From positions 257,072 to 321,071 of the forward strand of contig CAZLUD010000001.1 of assembly GCA_964562615.1 (NCBI GenBank): a DNA stretch of 64,000 nt, in the 5' to 3' direction. A program made the translations under genes and the position numbers. Origin of the DNA: an uncultured Candidatus Saccharibacteria bacterium (GTDB lineage: Bacteria; Patescibacteriota; Minisyncoccia; Phycocordibacterales; UBA12088). The notes under the pieces are model-generated. The model saw only the letters and a list, made by a program, of their open reading frames with translations. It had not been told where the DNA came from and did not search any database. This document shows, piece by piece, positions 38,598 to 48,666 of the stretch (position 1 is the first letter of the stretch; each line of letters begins with the position of its first letter).

Positions 38598-38914
38598 ATA
38601 ATTGTAGCTTAACGCTGATAATAAAGGCTGTTTTCAGATGAAGGCGCGAGAACACCTCCTCGTCTAAAAACGGCACACTGCTTGCGCAACGAGACAACCT
38701 TGAGCATTAAGCACACAATTATTGTTAAGGTGCACAGAAAACTAAGGCGCAACGTGCGGTACATCGGAGTATAGAGGGAGAAAGCCAATAGGTCAAGCGG
38801 GGTTTGTTTATTACAACAACCAAACCATGGCTTACTTGACTAATATTTATAATCGTGTTATATTTTATAAAGCAAAGAGGGAGGGGTCCCTACACACTAA
38901 CCTAGGAGATCCCT

Positions 38915-39505
38915 ATGGATTCGTATGCTTTTGCTTTTTTTCCTGCTTCATTGCTTGCGTGCCTATTTTTAGGCATTAAGTGGTGGCAGGCGAAACGTGA
39001 GATAGCCCGCCTTGTGGGCGAACTCACGGAAGACACCTTCACACCTCCCCTTCTGAACAAGAGAGGATTTTTTTTGAAAGGGCAAAGGGTGTACGAGCGC
39101 GAAGTGCGCCTGAGACATGAAGGTCGAGTAGGTATCGCCTGCTTTGATCTTGTAGGTTTCAAGAGGGTTAACGATGAGAAGGGGCACAAAGTTGGCGACA
39201 ACGTGCTCAAGCTTTTCGCTCGACTCCTTGACGCGCATTTTCGAGTATCCGACATCCTCGCCCACCTAAGTGGGGACGAGTTCGCGGGAATCTTCCCGCG
39301 AATGGAGGAAGAGGTTCTCCACCGCAAATGCTCAGCGCTTGTCGCTGAATTTGAGCGCCGAACTCTTGAGGAGTTTGGTATCAAAGTCAGCGCGAGGTTT
39401 TGCGCATTGAGTTTTTGTGGCAGTAACATCGACACATCCCTTGAAGGGCTACTTGTTTTAGCCGATGAAGGGATGATCGCAAAGAGACAAGGAGAAAGGA
39501 GGTAA
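38915..39505 (+). CDS. Membrane-anchored minimal GGDEF-domain protein (SGDEF variant)
   Basis: N-terminal TM; FDLVGFKRVNDEKGHKVGDNVL, LSGDEFAGIF, ...LLVLADEGMIAKRQG; higher GC than surroundings; own terminator at 39514-39537. Confidence 0.65.
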   Translation: MDSYAFAFFPASLLACLFLGIKWWQAKREIARLVGELTEDTFTPPLLNKRGFFLKGQRVYEREVRLRHEGRVGIACFDLVGFKRVNDEKGHKVGDNVLKLFARLLDAHFRVSDILAHLSGDEFAGIFPRMEEEVLHRKCSALVAEFERRTLEEFGIKVSARFCALSFCGSNIDTSLEGLLVLADEGMIAKRQGERR

Positions 39506-39513
39506 CACGAAGG

Positions 39514-39537
39514 CGGGCGCGCAAGCGCCCGCCTTTC
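39514..39537 (+). terminator. Terminator after the GGDEF gene
   Basis: aggcgggcgc-gcaa-gcgcccgcct then ttctc. Confidence 0.5.
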
Positions 39538-39882
39538 TCATTGGCACCCCGCCACCACCTTTCCACTACCATCAACCACTTCCCCTACACGCAAATACAC
39601 GCCTTGATGGCGTGTATTGCTATGCTATACCCTCTCTTTATTATCCCAGAAGGAGATAAAACTGCGCGAACATCACCGTCGTGCTTGCAAAAAGTCCAGT
39701 CGTAAAGACCGCAAACATTTTTTGATCAAGCTCGTAAAGCTCACCTAGTGCCTGTTTCATATTGCTGATACAAAGCTACTAATAAGCAACAAAAAATGCG
39801 CCTCCTTAGCGCTGGTGTGTACCGCACAATCCCTTGTGCTTATAGAGTATACACCTACCCCATAGATATGCACGTAAAGTTA

Positions 39883-39915
39883 TACACACAAAAGCCCGCA
39901 ACTTGTTGCGGGCTT
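39883..39915. terminator. Bidirectional terminator downstream of fusA
   Basis: aaaagcccgcaac-ttgt-tgcgggctttt. Confidence 0.6.
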
Positions 39916-39935
39916 TTGTGTGTCGTTAGTATTGC

Positions 39936-42101
39936 TTACGCCTTTACTCCACCTCTCTTTTTGATGATATCCATAGCCACATTTGGTGGTACTGGTTGGT
40001 ATGAGCTGAACTCCATCGTCCAGTTACCACGTCCTTCTGTAAGGGAGCGTAGGGTGGTGGTGTACCCAAACATTTCTGAAAGAGGTACCTTTGCATGAAT
40101 AGCTTGATTCATACCACGCGCTTCCATACCTTCAATTTGTCCACGCTTTGATGATAGGTGTCCGTTAATATCACCCATGAATTGCTCTGGGATAACTACC
40201 TCAACATTCATGATCGGCTCAAGAATAATTGGTGTAGCTTTTCTTGTTGCCTCTTGGAATGCTTGTGACGCGGCAATTTTGAAAGCGATTTCTGATGAGT
40301 CAACATCGTGATATGAACCATCGTACAAGTCTACCGATACGTCCACCACTTTGTACCCAGCCTGAATACCTCTATCCATTGCTTCTCTAAAGCCTTTTTC
40401 ACACGCAGGGATATACTCTTGTGGAATCACTCCTCCCTTGATGCTGTTGATGAACTCAAAGTGTGCCTCACGCTTTACCGCCTTTGGAAGATCTTTGATT
40501 TCTTCTTCAGATAGCACAGTCATCGGCTTTACCTTTATCTTTACGTGACCATACTGACCACGACCACCTGTTTGTTTGATGTATTTAACTTCAGCATCTG
40601 CAGGATTCTGAATAGTTTCTCGGTAGGTAACCTGAGGTGCTCCAACATTAGCCTCAACGTTAAACTCGCGCTTCATTCTGTCTACCAAAATATCTAGGTG
40701 AAGCTCACCCATACCTGAGATGATAGTCTCGCCAGTTTCTTCATCACTTGAAACTCTAAAGGTTGGGTCTTCATCTGAAAGACGCCTAAGCGCAACTGAG
40801 AGTTTTTCTTGATCTTGCTTTGTTTTAGGTTCAATACGAAGCGATACCACTGGTTCAGGGAACTTAATTTCTTCAAGGATAATTGGGCGGTTTTCATCAC
40901 AGAGGGTGTCTGAGGTCTTTGTGTCTTTAAGACCCACTGTTGCCGCAATATCACCAGCGCGAACTTCTTGTACATCTTCTCGCTTGTCTGCCATAAGACG
41001 AACCATACGAGAAAGGCGCTCTCGCTGACCAGTACGTGAGTTAAGCACGTATGATCCTGCTTGCATGGTTCCTGAGTACACTCGGAAGAATGTGAGCGCG
41101 CCTACATACGGATCAGTCTGGATTTTAAATGCAAGTGCTGCAAACGGTTCATCGTCTGATGATGGCCGTGGCTCAATTTCGCCTGTTTTTGGACTTATAC
41201 CAATCATTGCAGGAACTTCAAGTGGTGATGGGAGATAGTCAACAACACCGTCAAGAACTAGCTGTACGCCCTTATTCTTTAGCGCAGATCCGGTAAATAC
41301 AGGGAAAATCTTATTTGCGATAACTGCCTTTCGGAGAGTCTTCTTTATATCTTCATTGGTAGGCTCTACCCCATCGAGGTACGCAGTCATAAGTGCATCA
41401 TCATGCTCTACCACCTTTTCAATAAGCTCCGCTCTGTAGGCTGTTGCCATTTCTTTAAGCTCTTCAGGTATCTCGTGCTCAGTTACCTCCATACCCATAT
41501 TGCCTTCAAAGGTGTACGCCTTCATCTTGATAAGGTCTACAACACCAACATGATGCTCTTCTTCGCCCCATGGAATTTGTACTCGTACCGCATTTGGTGA
41601 AAGACGCTTTAGGATGCTATCAAATGATCGCTCAAAGCTTGCGCCTGTTCTGTCCAGCTTGTTAATGAAACAGATTCTTGGTACGTGTGCATCTTCTGCG
41701 TAACGCCAGTTTGTTTCTGATTGTGGCTCTACTCCTGCTACACCATCAAATACCACAATCGCGCCATCGAGTACGCGCATAGAGCGCTGTACCTCAGCGG
41801 TAAAGTCAATGTGACCTGGGGTATCAATAATGTTAAACGCGGTTCTTGATGCCTTGTCTTCCTTATTTGGAACATCGGTTTTAACCCACGAGCATGAGAT
41901 AGCTGCAGCGGTAATAGTAATACCGCGCTCTCGCTCTTGTTCCATCCAGTCGGTTACGGTAGCACCTTCGTGCACTTCTCCGATTTTGTGGCTTTCACCA
42001 GTATAAAAAAGTATGCGCTCTGAGGTGGTTGTTTTTCCTGCGTCAATATGGGCAATAATGCCAAAATTACGTAGTTTATCTAATGGATACTGCCTTGCCA
42101 T
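39936..42101 (-). CDS. fusA: Elongation factor G
   Basis: [23 protein letters not shown]; 721 aa. Confidence 0.95.
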   Translation of the reverse strand: MARQYPLDKLRNFGIIAHIDAGKTTTSERILFYTGESHKIGEVHEGATVTDWMEQERERGITITAAAISCSWVKTDVPNKEDKASRTAFNIIDTPGHIDFTAEVQRSMRVLDGAIVVFDGVAGVEPQSETNWRYAEDAHVPRICFINKLDRTGASFERSFDSILKRLSPNAVRVQIPWGEEEHHVGVVDLIKMKAYTFEGNMGMEVTEHEIPEELKEMATAYRAELIEKVVEHDDALMTAYLDGVEPTNEDIKKTLRKAVIANKIFPVFTGSALKNKGVQLVLDGVVDYLPSPLEVPAMIGISPKTGEIEPRPSSDDEPFAALAFKIQTDPYVGALTFFRVYSGTMQAGSYVLNSRTGQRERLSRMVRLMADKREDVQEVRAGDIAATVGLKDTKTSDTLCDENRPIILEEIKFPEPVVSLRIEPKTKQDQEKLSVALRRLSDEDPTFRVSSDEETGETIISGMGELHLDILVDRMKREFNVEANVGAPQVTYRETIQNPADAEVKYIKQTGGRGQYGHVKIKVKPMTVLSEEEIKDLPKAVKREAHFEFINSIKGGVIPQEYIPACEKGFREAMDRGIQAGYKVVDVSVDLYDGSYHDVDSSEIAFKIAASQAFQEATRKATPIILEPIMNVEVVIPEQFMGDINGHLSSKRGQIEGMEARGMNQAIHAKVPLSEMFGYTTTLRSLTEGRGNWTMEFSSYQPVPPNVAMDIIKKRGGVKA

Positions 42102-42159
42102 ATATTGACTATGCTAAACAATAAAACTACCAATAATACCCCTGCCCTTAGAGACTATA

Positions 42160-42627
42160 TTACCACGCAAAGTGAGCAAATGCGCGGTTAGCCTCTGCCA
42201 TCTTATGTACATCCTCCTTCTTCTTTACTGCAGCGCCTTCATTGTTTGCTGCGGCAACAAGCTCCTTAGCGAGGGCCTTGTAGCTTTCACCAGCTCCACG
42301 ACTTGCTCGAGCTGAGTCCTTTAGCCAACGCATTGCGAGCGCAAGACGTCTTTCAGGACGAACTTCACGTGGCACTTGGTAGTTTGCACCTCCCACTCGT
42401 CGAGAGCGAACCTCAACCATAGGACCCACGTTTTTAAGCGCGGTCTCAAATACTTCAAGAGGATTTTTGCCGTCCTTTTCAATATGATCAAACGCCTGGT
42501 AGAGAAGCTTTCTTGCTGTCTCTTTTTTACCATCAAGCATGAGGTAATTGATGAAACGACCAACCTTTTCGTTGTTGAAACGAAAATCAGGTCGTGGAGT
42601 GATTCTGTTTTTTACTGGTCGTCGCAT
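42160..42627 (-). CDS. rpsG: 30S ribosomal protein S7
   Basis: 155 aa; S7 signature. Confidence 0.9.
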   Translation of the reverse strand: MRRPVKNRITPRPDFRFNNEKVGRFINYLMLDGKKETARKLLYQAFDHIEKDGKNPLEVFETALKNVGPMVEVRSRRVGGANYQVPREVRPERRLALAMRWLKDSARASRGAGESYKALAKELVAAANNEGAAVKKKEDVHKMAEANRAFAHFAW

Positions 42628-42659
42628 GATTGTCTATACAATTAATTGTTCGTACTATG

Positions 42660-43070
42660 TTATGCCTTTGGCTTCTTTGCGCCGTACATTGAGCGGCCCT
42701 TTCGGCGCTTATCTACACCTGCAGCGTCGAGCTTACCGCGCACAATGGTATAACGGATTCCTACGTCTTTTACACGACCACCACGCACAAGCACCACAGA
42801 GTGTTCTTGTAGGTTGTGACCTTCGCCAGGAATGTATGCGGTAATTTCATACCCATTAGAGAGGCGTACGCGGGCAATCTTTCTGATAGCAGAGTTAGGC
42901 TTTCTTGGTGTCTTTGTAGTCACCTTAGTACATACCCCGCGCTTGAATGGAGATGGGTATGATGAAGGCTTGTTTTTAAGCGTGTTAAAACCACGCCCAA
43001 GAGCCACGGTCTTAGCCTTCTGTATTCTGTCTTTTCTTCCCTTGCGGACTAATTGATTGATTGTTGGCAT
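42660..43070 (-). CDS. rpsL: 30S ribosomal protein S12
   Basis: [12 protein letters not shown]...PKKPNSA.RK. Confidence 0.9.
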   Translation of the reverse strand: MPTINQLVRKGRKDRIQKAKTVALGRGFNTLKNKPSSYPSPFKRGVCTKVTTKTPRKPNSAIRKIARVRLSNGYEITAYIPGEGHNLQEHSVVLVRGGRVKDVGIRYTIVRGKLDAAGVDKRRKGRSMYGAKKPKA

Positions 43071-43479
43071 GAAATGCTCGATCTCTCTATACGAGTGAAC
43101 GTGGCGATACTGTACTATCTTAAGTCAAAAAAGGCAAGTGGGTAGTCAGTGATATGTATAGCAAAGGCCGGAACTATTCGTTCCGGCCGGTCCCTTACTG
43201 GGGCTTTATCCTTTTCTCCTATGAATAGATTGTGGTTCTTCCTCATTTTTGACAGGAGTCCTATGCAAACCAAATTTTCTTTTTGATGTTCCTGATCTTC
43301 TCTGTATCTCCTGCGATGCGATTTTATCTAAATACCTTGATTTTTCAAGGATGGAAAATTCGGGAGGCGTCTCAATCGCCGGTGACGACCCTCTACTTGA
43401 GAGGGTTTTTTTCTTTTTCACTGCGTTTCCTCTTTTTTTGGCTACACCGACAATACTATAGAGAACGCATTTGGCAAAT

Positions 43480-44121
43480 CTACATTGATGTACCTGTAAG
43501 TAGCGTGAACACCATTCCAAGAAATGCGCTGAAAAATGGCCACAGAAGTGTGATGAAGATAAACAAAAATAGTATAGCGCCGAGTATGCCGTAGCGGTAC
43601 ATAAACTCCTCAAACGCTCTAAACTTGATCATGAGCCGAATAGGTAGTAGTGACTTTAAAATTTTAGATCCATCAAGTGGTGGCACCGGTACCATATTAA
43701 ATAGCGCCAAGAGAAGATTGAGATACACTACAAAGGCAATAAGCGGAAGCGATGCTTCAGGGAGCGCGAGTGTATCACTAAATCGAATCATCATCGCAAA
43801 CACCACGGCTATGACCACATTTACAAATGGCCCTGCACCTGCAACAAGTGCCTCACCCCATCGCTTGTTTCGTAAATTATGAGGATTGTAAGGGACAGGT
43901 TTTGCCCACCCAAACAATAGATTAGCGCCAGAGAGGAGTAGGATACCTGGAATGATAACTGATCCCATTGGGTCAATATGAGCAAATGGATTTATGGTAA
44001 GTCTCCCCTCTAACCGTGCAGTAGGGTCGCCTAGCCAGTTAGCGGCAAATCCGTGTGCTGCCTCATGAACGACAATAGAGAGGACAAGAACGATGATAAA
44101 AAATATGCTTTCAATGCCCAT
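43480..44121 (-). CDS. Site-2 protease family (peptidase M50) membrane metalloprotease
   Basis: HEAAHG zinc motif and NMVPVPPLDG motif; start at MGIESIFF. Confidence 0.75.
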   Translation of the reverse strand: MGIESIFFIIVLVLSIVVHEAAHGFAANWLGDPTARLEGRLTINPFAHIDPMGSVIIPGILLLSGANLLFGWAKPVPYNPHNLRNKRWGEALVAGAGPFVNVVIAVVFAMMIRFSDTLALPEASLPLIAFVVYLNLLLALFNMVPVPPLDGSKILKSLLPIRLMIKFRAFEEFMYRYGILGAILFLFIFITLLWPFFSAFLGMVFTLLTGTSM

Positions 44122-44252
44122 AGTATCAGTTATAGAATCGTAATGATGACAATGAAGTGATAGTAGCACATACCCATATATATTGTCGCATTATCACCAC
44201 TCTCCACACCCCCACTTGCATGATTTGTATTGTGTTGTAGTATAGCCACACC

Positions 44253-44498
44253 ATGACTAGGGAATGTCCAATCACTGGAAAATCAACAAAAATGGCTAAT
44301 CGCCTATCAAATCGCATTCGCGCGACTAAGTTTAATCCTTGTGGAAAGGTGCGAAGGAAGGCGAATATGCAAAAGCGACGCATTTTTGTACCTGAATTAA
44401 ATACCACCCTTACCGTTGACCTATCAACAAAGGGTCTCAAAACATTGAACAAAAACGGTGCGTACAAAACACTAAAGAAGGCGGGGGTTATTGCGTAA
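44253..44498 (+). CDS. rpmB: 50S ribosomal protein L28
   Basis: MTRECPITGKST...NRIRATKFNP... Confidence 0.8.
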   Translation: MTRECPITGKSTKMANRLSNRIRATKFNPCGKVRRKANMQKRRIFVPELNTTLTVDLSTKGLKTLNKNGAYKTLKKAGVIA

Positions 44499-44506
44499 AC
44501 ATTGCA

Positions 44507-45358
44507 CTAGTTGGTGGCAAATACTGTTGTGCCATCACTCTGAAAGGAAACCATACCCGAAAGGGTATCTTTCTTTTGTATGCCAAATGCTGCAATTTTT
44601 TCTAGCACTTCCTCATGAGGGTGTCCGTAGCTATTGTCTTTCCCTGCAGAGATAACTGCGTAGTCAGGACTCACAAAACCTAAAAACAATTCACTTGTTG
44701 AAGTACGCGAACCGTGGTGCCCTAGTTTAAGCACATCGCTTTCCAACCTCTTTCCATCGAGCGTTACTAAATATTCTTCGATTTCATCAGGTGAGTCCCC
44801 GGTAAACATAAACGCGGTTTTTCCATATCGAAGTTGTAGCACAAGTGACGCGGTATTTGTTTCAATATGATCAAGTTCTCTGTCAGGAAATAGTATCGTG
44901 GCGTGTACACCGGCTCCCAGATCAAGATCAGAGCCACGTAGTGGTGCCTTTATAAACACCCCTTTCTCTTTAGCAATACTGATAAGTCGTTCGTCAACAT
45001 CAGTATCATTTGCTGGAAATGATACCAGCAACATACCAACCTCATATCGCTTCATGACCTCTATAAGTCCTCCAATATGGTCAAAGTCAGGGTGCGTGGC
45101 GACAACCACATCAATACTTCTGTCATAAAACGGCATTACCTGTGACAACTCACGCAACAGTGCACCATTTGACCCACCATCAATAAGCATTTGCGTACCC
45201 GTTGGTGATTCTATAAATGCAGCGTCACCTTGTCCTACAGACAAAAAATGTACATGCAACCGCTGATTACCCTCTTTGTGTATGACATACACCCAAATAG
45301 ATATAGTCCCCACCATGAGGACTATAAGGAGTAACGGGATATATACGTGTCTCTTCAT
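44507..45358 (-). CDS. ComEC-type metallo-beta-lactamase domain protein (stand-alone)
   Basis: FLSVGQGDAAFIE...ATHPDFDHIGG...GHHGS; N-terminal TM. Confidence 0.7.
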   Translation of the reverse strand: MKRHVYIPLLLIVLMVGTISIWVYVIHKEGNQRLHVHFLSVGQGDAAFIESPTGTQMLIDGGSNGALLRELSQVMPFYDRSIDVVVATHPDFDHIGGLIEVMKRYEVGMLLVSFPANDTDVDERLISIAKEKGVFIKAPLRGSDLDLGAGVHATILFPDRELDHIETNTASLVLQLRYGKTAFMFTGDSPDEIEEYLVTLDGKRLESDVLKLGHHGSRTSTSELFLGFVSPDYAVISAGKDNSYGHPHEEVLEKIAAFGIQKKDTLSGMVSFQSDGTTVFATN

Positions 45359-45361
45359 GGA

Positions 45362-45586
45362 TTAAATGCATCCACGCGCACTCATGCGGATTCTGTCTAG
45401 ATACGAGAGGGCGTATTCACCATCTTGAGTGATGTATGGCTTGAGGAGTGTTGCGCAATACTCTTGTTTTGCACCAGCACACTCTACGCATGGTTCGCGG
45501 TTAAGGTACATAAATGCACCAACTATTACTAGCCCTATGGTGATAATGAGAATTATGAATTGCATATATGCTATGGTAAGTCGCAT
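45362..45586 (-). CDS. Hypothetical small membrane protein with CxxC (upstream of, and coupled to, the MBL gene)
   Basis: 74 aa ORF; 4-nt gap to the next gene. Confidence 0.3.
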   Translation of the reverse strand: MRLTIAYMQFIILIITIGLVIVGAFMYLNREPCVECAGAKQEYCATLLKPYITQDGEYALSYLDRIRMSARGCI

Positions 45587-45640
45587 TACCCACGGTGTCT
45601 AGCTACTATTCCCCAACTTAAGAACAGTTCATACTGAGTA

Positions 45641-45752
45641 TTGACAAGCGCATGCAATTAGCGCATTATAAATATGCCTCCCTTACAACGATTTGGCACC
45701 CTACGGGGTGCAGCCGACATTCTCTCCGCGCGAGAATGTCGGCATTTTTTTT
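45641..45752 (+). promoter_or_regulatory. Promoter-like TTGACA element followed by a structured leader ending in a strong intrinsic terminator, immediately upstream of sod
   Basis: TTGACA 45641-45646; hairpins gcaccc-tacg-gggtgc and gccgacattctc-tccgcgc-gagaatgtcggc followed by T8 (45713-45752). Confidence 0.4.
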
Positions 45753-45787
45753 GATACTTTTTTATACTTTTGCGATACACTATAGTC

Positions 45788-46375
45788 ATGCAACCATATA
45801 CACCAATCGAATATACCTTGCCTGAAGTATCAGGCATTTCTCAAAAGCAATTATCTGAACATCTCACCCTCTACAAGGGGTACGTTACTCATGTAAACAA
45901 ATTACACGAGGAGATAGGAGCACTCACTACCACGGGCGGTCATGAGCATGAAATTTCTGAGCTTAGGCGCAGGCTCGGCTTTGAGTTTTGTGGTATGCGC
46001 CTCCACGAATACTACTTTGGTGACTTAGTAGGAGGAAGCAAACCACTTCCACAAGACTCACCACTACATGAAGCGCTCATCAAGCAATATGGATCATTTG
46101 AAGCGTGTATTACAGAAATAAAAAGCACCCTCGCAAGAGGTACCGGATGGATAATTCTTAATTATGATCCTGTCTATGGACGTTTTCACACCAACTGGGT
46201 AGACGAGCATCACATAGGACACCTCGCGACATTACCGGTGATTGTTGCAATAGATATGTGGGAACACGCCTACATGGTTGACTATCTCCCTGGTGAGAAA
46301 AAAACATACCTAGAAAACTATCTTCACGCGATAAACTTTGAAACAGTGGCATCGCGCTTTTCTTTGCGTGCGTAG
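45788..46375 (+). CDS. sod: Fe/Mn superoxide dismutase
   Basis: GGHEHE, DMWEHAYM (D-x-W-E-H-A-Y) signature; ORF track starts at TTG 45770. Confidence 0.75.
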   Translation: MQPYTPIEYTLPEVSGISQKQLSEHLTLYKGYVTHVNKLHEEIGALTTTGGHEHEISELRRRLGFEFCGMRLHEYYFGDLVGGSKPLPQDSPLHEALIKQYGSFEACITEIKSTLARGTGWIILNYDPVYGRFHTNWVDEHHIGHLATLPVIVAIDMWEHAYMVDYLPGEKKTYLENYLHAINFETVASRFSLRA

Positions 46376-47787
46376 TAGTAGACACCATATAGTCCTCCGT
46401 ACATGAGCAAGGCAACCCAATAAGAAAATTGGGGTATGTGCAGGGTTATAAATGGCAGCTCAGAGAGCCAAGTAGTAACCGTAAGTTGATACGAAAGCAC
46501 CATGCTGGTTACCGCACCCGGCACCACGGCAACCAAACTTAGTGGGGATGGCAACAATCCAATAACACCTGTTATAAACCCAAGCGCCATAGCAAGTGGT
46601 ACCACCAAGAGTACTGCTATGTTTGATAGCGGAGCAATAAGTGACATGGCGCCCGAAAACCACAAAAGATGTGGGAGTACAAATAGTTGAGTGGCGCAGG
46701 TGGTTGCCAATATTTCACGAATACTAAACGATCGCGTCACTCGTCCAAACATCCTTTGCATAATAGGGGTAAAATAAATAATTCCTATTGTTGCTAAAAA
46801 CGACAATTGAAATGAGGGGTCGAAGGCAAGAATTAGTGGATGAAAAAACACCATGATCCCTCCTGCGATAATAAGTGCTCGGGTAATGTTGTAGTTTCTC
46901 CCCACCACCCTTGAGAGGAGAACAATAAGCGCCATAATTGAAGCGCGAACAATAGTTGCAGAGCCACCGGTAAGTATTGCAAAAAGAATAATACTGATAC
47001 CTCCAACAAACGCTCCTATACCTGTAGGGAGAAACCCGAGTGCGCGAAGTAACCAGTCGGCAATAATACTGACGTTATATCCAGAGAGAACCACAATATG
47101 GATAAGCCCCGTGTCACGAAAACGACGCAACAACTCCTCACCCATAGACTCTTTTGCACCAAGAAGTAGGCCTCCGAGTAATGACATTTGTGGTTCTGGG
47201 ATAACACGTTGTAGTGACCCTAAAAAGCGTTCTTTGTGTGAAAACAAAAATTCTTTTATTCGATTACCTTCATGTTTCCCAATTATTGATACCTTTGGAT
47301 AGGCCATGATGGCAGTAATGCCATCTTTAAGAAGCCACGCTTCGTATGCAAATTCTCTCCCTTCATCTGTTGTAAATGTGGTGGGGCGCTCAATTACTCC
47401 ATCAAGAGATACCTTGTCGCCATATGAAAGATCGTGACTTAGTGGCAATGTGACGCGAATACGTGTCGTATCCGTTGCTACCACCACATGCTGATTTTTG
47501 TCTCGTGTATCAGGTTCATCGACTATTACTCCTTCAATAACGGCATGTCCATACATGGGACGAGTGGCTTCTATGGCATCGATATGAAGATCGGTACGCA
47601 ACACCCCAATACTTACTGATAGTAAAAAAATTGCCATCACAGTCCCCTTGGTACGTAGGGTGAGTACAGAAACGAATGAAAGCAACCAAAGAAACACCAC
47701 CCCTGAGACGCCAAAATCAAAAAAAGATCGCCACAGGACACCGAGTCCTGTGGCGATCACCATGAGTTCAATAAAATATTTTCTCAT
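46324..47787 (-). CDS. comEC: ComEC/Rec2 DNA internalisation channel protein (membrane domains only; no MBL domain)
   Basis: 487 aa; N-terminal DUF4131-like OB region plus polytopic competence domain. Confidence 0.75.
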   Translation of the reverse strand: MRKYFIELMVIATGLGVLWRSFFDFGVSGVVFLWLLSFVSVLTLRTKGTVMAIFLLSVSIGVLRTDLHIDAIEATRPMYGHAVIEGVIVDEPDTRDKNQHVVVATDTTRIRVTLPLSHDLSYGDKVSLDGVIERPTTFTTDEGREFAYEAWLLKDGITAIMAYPKVSIIGKHEGNRIKEFLFSHKERFLGSLQRVIPEPQMSLLGGLLLGAKESMGEELLRRFRDTGLIHIVVLSGYNVSIIADWLLRALGFLPTGIGAFVGGISIILFAILTGGSATIVRASIMALIVLLSRVVGRNYNITRALIIAGGIMVFFHPLILAFDPSFQLSFLATIGIIYFTPIMQRMFGRVTRSFSIREILATTCATQLFVLPHLLWFSGAMSLIAPLSNIAVLLVVPLAMALGFITGVIGLLPSPLSLVAVVPGAVTSMVLSYQLTVTTWLSELPFITLHIPQFSYWVALLMYGGLYGVYYYARKEKRDATVSKFIA

Positions 47788-48143
47788 GCTTTTAGTTTTC
47801 TCATTACGTCAATGATGAGTGTTACAAACAACAATAAACTCAACAACAGAAACGGTATACCTAGCAGTTGTGATCCGGTTAGCAGTTTTGATAGTCCAAA
47901 CGGAAATAAAATAGTCACCCCGTAAAACTGACACCCGTTTATAAATTTAGATTGCTCGGTGGTGATACCTTTTTCGGCAATCACTTCTTTTGCTGATAAC
48001 CGAGGATATAAGTACAGAGGAATATATTTGAAGATGGTTAATGGGATTATGCCCACCAACATCTTCCAAGAACCAAACACAAATAAGTGCGTTATTCCAA
48101 TAAATTGCAAAAGTACTCCAAAAAAAACGAGTCGCATTGCCAT
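47784..48143 (-). CDS. Hypothetical membrane protein (overlaps comEC start by 4 nt)
   Basis: 119 aa, 3-4 TM. Confidence 0.35.
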   Translation of the reverse strand: MAMRLVFFGVLLQFIGITHLFVFGSWKMLVGIIPLTIFKYIPLYLYPRLSAKEVIAEKGITTEQSKFINGCQFYGVTILFPFGLSKLLTGSQLLGIPFLLLSLLLFVTLIIDVMRKLKA

Positions 48144-48206
48144 CTCTATCTCCCTCCAATAGACGACCTGACAAAAAAGATACTCTTTATAGAAAAATTG
48201 GCAAGA

Positions 48207-48626
48207 CTACACTGCGCCATCCATAGCGATGTTTGCAAGCTCGTCAGCTTTTGCGTTTTGTTCTCTTCTTATATGCACAAATGACACATGAGCAAATCGC
48301 ACAAGAAGCGCTCGCACTCGTTCGTGTTGCTTTTTTAATCCAGGATCTTTTACTTTATACTCGCCTCTCATTTGCTTAATGATAAGCTCACTATCCATAT
48401 GCACGAGCACATTCTTGCTTTCTTGCTTGTGAGCAATGAGTAACTGGAGTCCCTCTATAAGACCTTCGTATTCAGCGTAATTATTTGTTTGGTGCCCAAT
48501 ATACTTTGCGTGTTCAAAAACGATTTCACCTGCCGAATCTTTTGCCCACACACCAATCCCGGATATGCCAGGATTACCCCTTGCTCCTCCATCCGTATAT
48601 AATTCTATAATTTCTTTCATAGGCAT
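48207..48626 (-). CDS. rnhA: Ribonuclease HI
   Basis: LYTDGGARGNPG...AEYEGLIEGL... Confidence 0.85.
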   Translation of the reverse strand: MPMKEIIELYTDGGARGNPGISGIGVWAKDSAGEIVFEHAKYIGHQTNNYAEYEGLIEGLQLLIAHKQESKNVLVHMDSELIIKQMRGEYKVKDPGLKKQHERVRALLVRFAHVSFVHIRREQNAKADELANIAMDGAV

Positions 48627-48630
48627 GCGT

Positions 48631-48658
48631 GCACTATCGCGATATATCGCGATAGTGC
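48631..48658. repeat. 28-bp perfect palindrome GCACTATCGCGATATATCGCGATAGTGC
   Basis: Self-reverse-complementary; between rnhA start and the yerC-like stop. Confidence 0.9.
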
Positions 48659-48666
48659 CTGTGGGG

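Noticed and set aside
38598-38910. Possible tRNA gene in the roughly 300-nt tuf upstream region (tRNAs often precede tuf)
   Set aside because: No T-arm (GGTTCGAATCC-like) or acceptor-stem complementarity was found on either strand. Treated as promoter/leader for tuf and the divergent GGDEF gene.
43206-43613. 135-aa minus-strand ORF upstream of rpsL (and overlapping plus-strand ORF 43283-43594)
   Set aside because: It lies in the rpsL leader/promoter region, overlaps the S2P gene end, and has no recognisable features. It is more likely a non-coding 5' UTR with a hairpin at 43170-43195.
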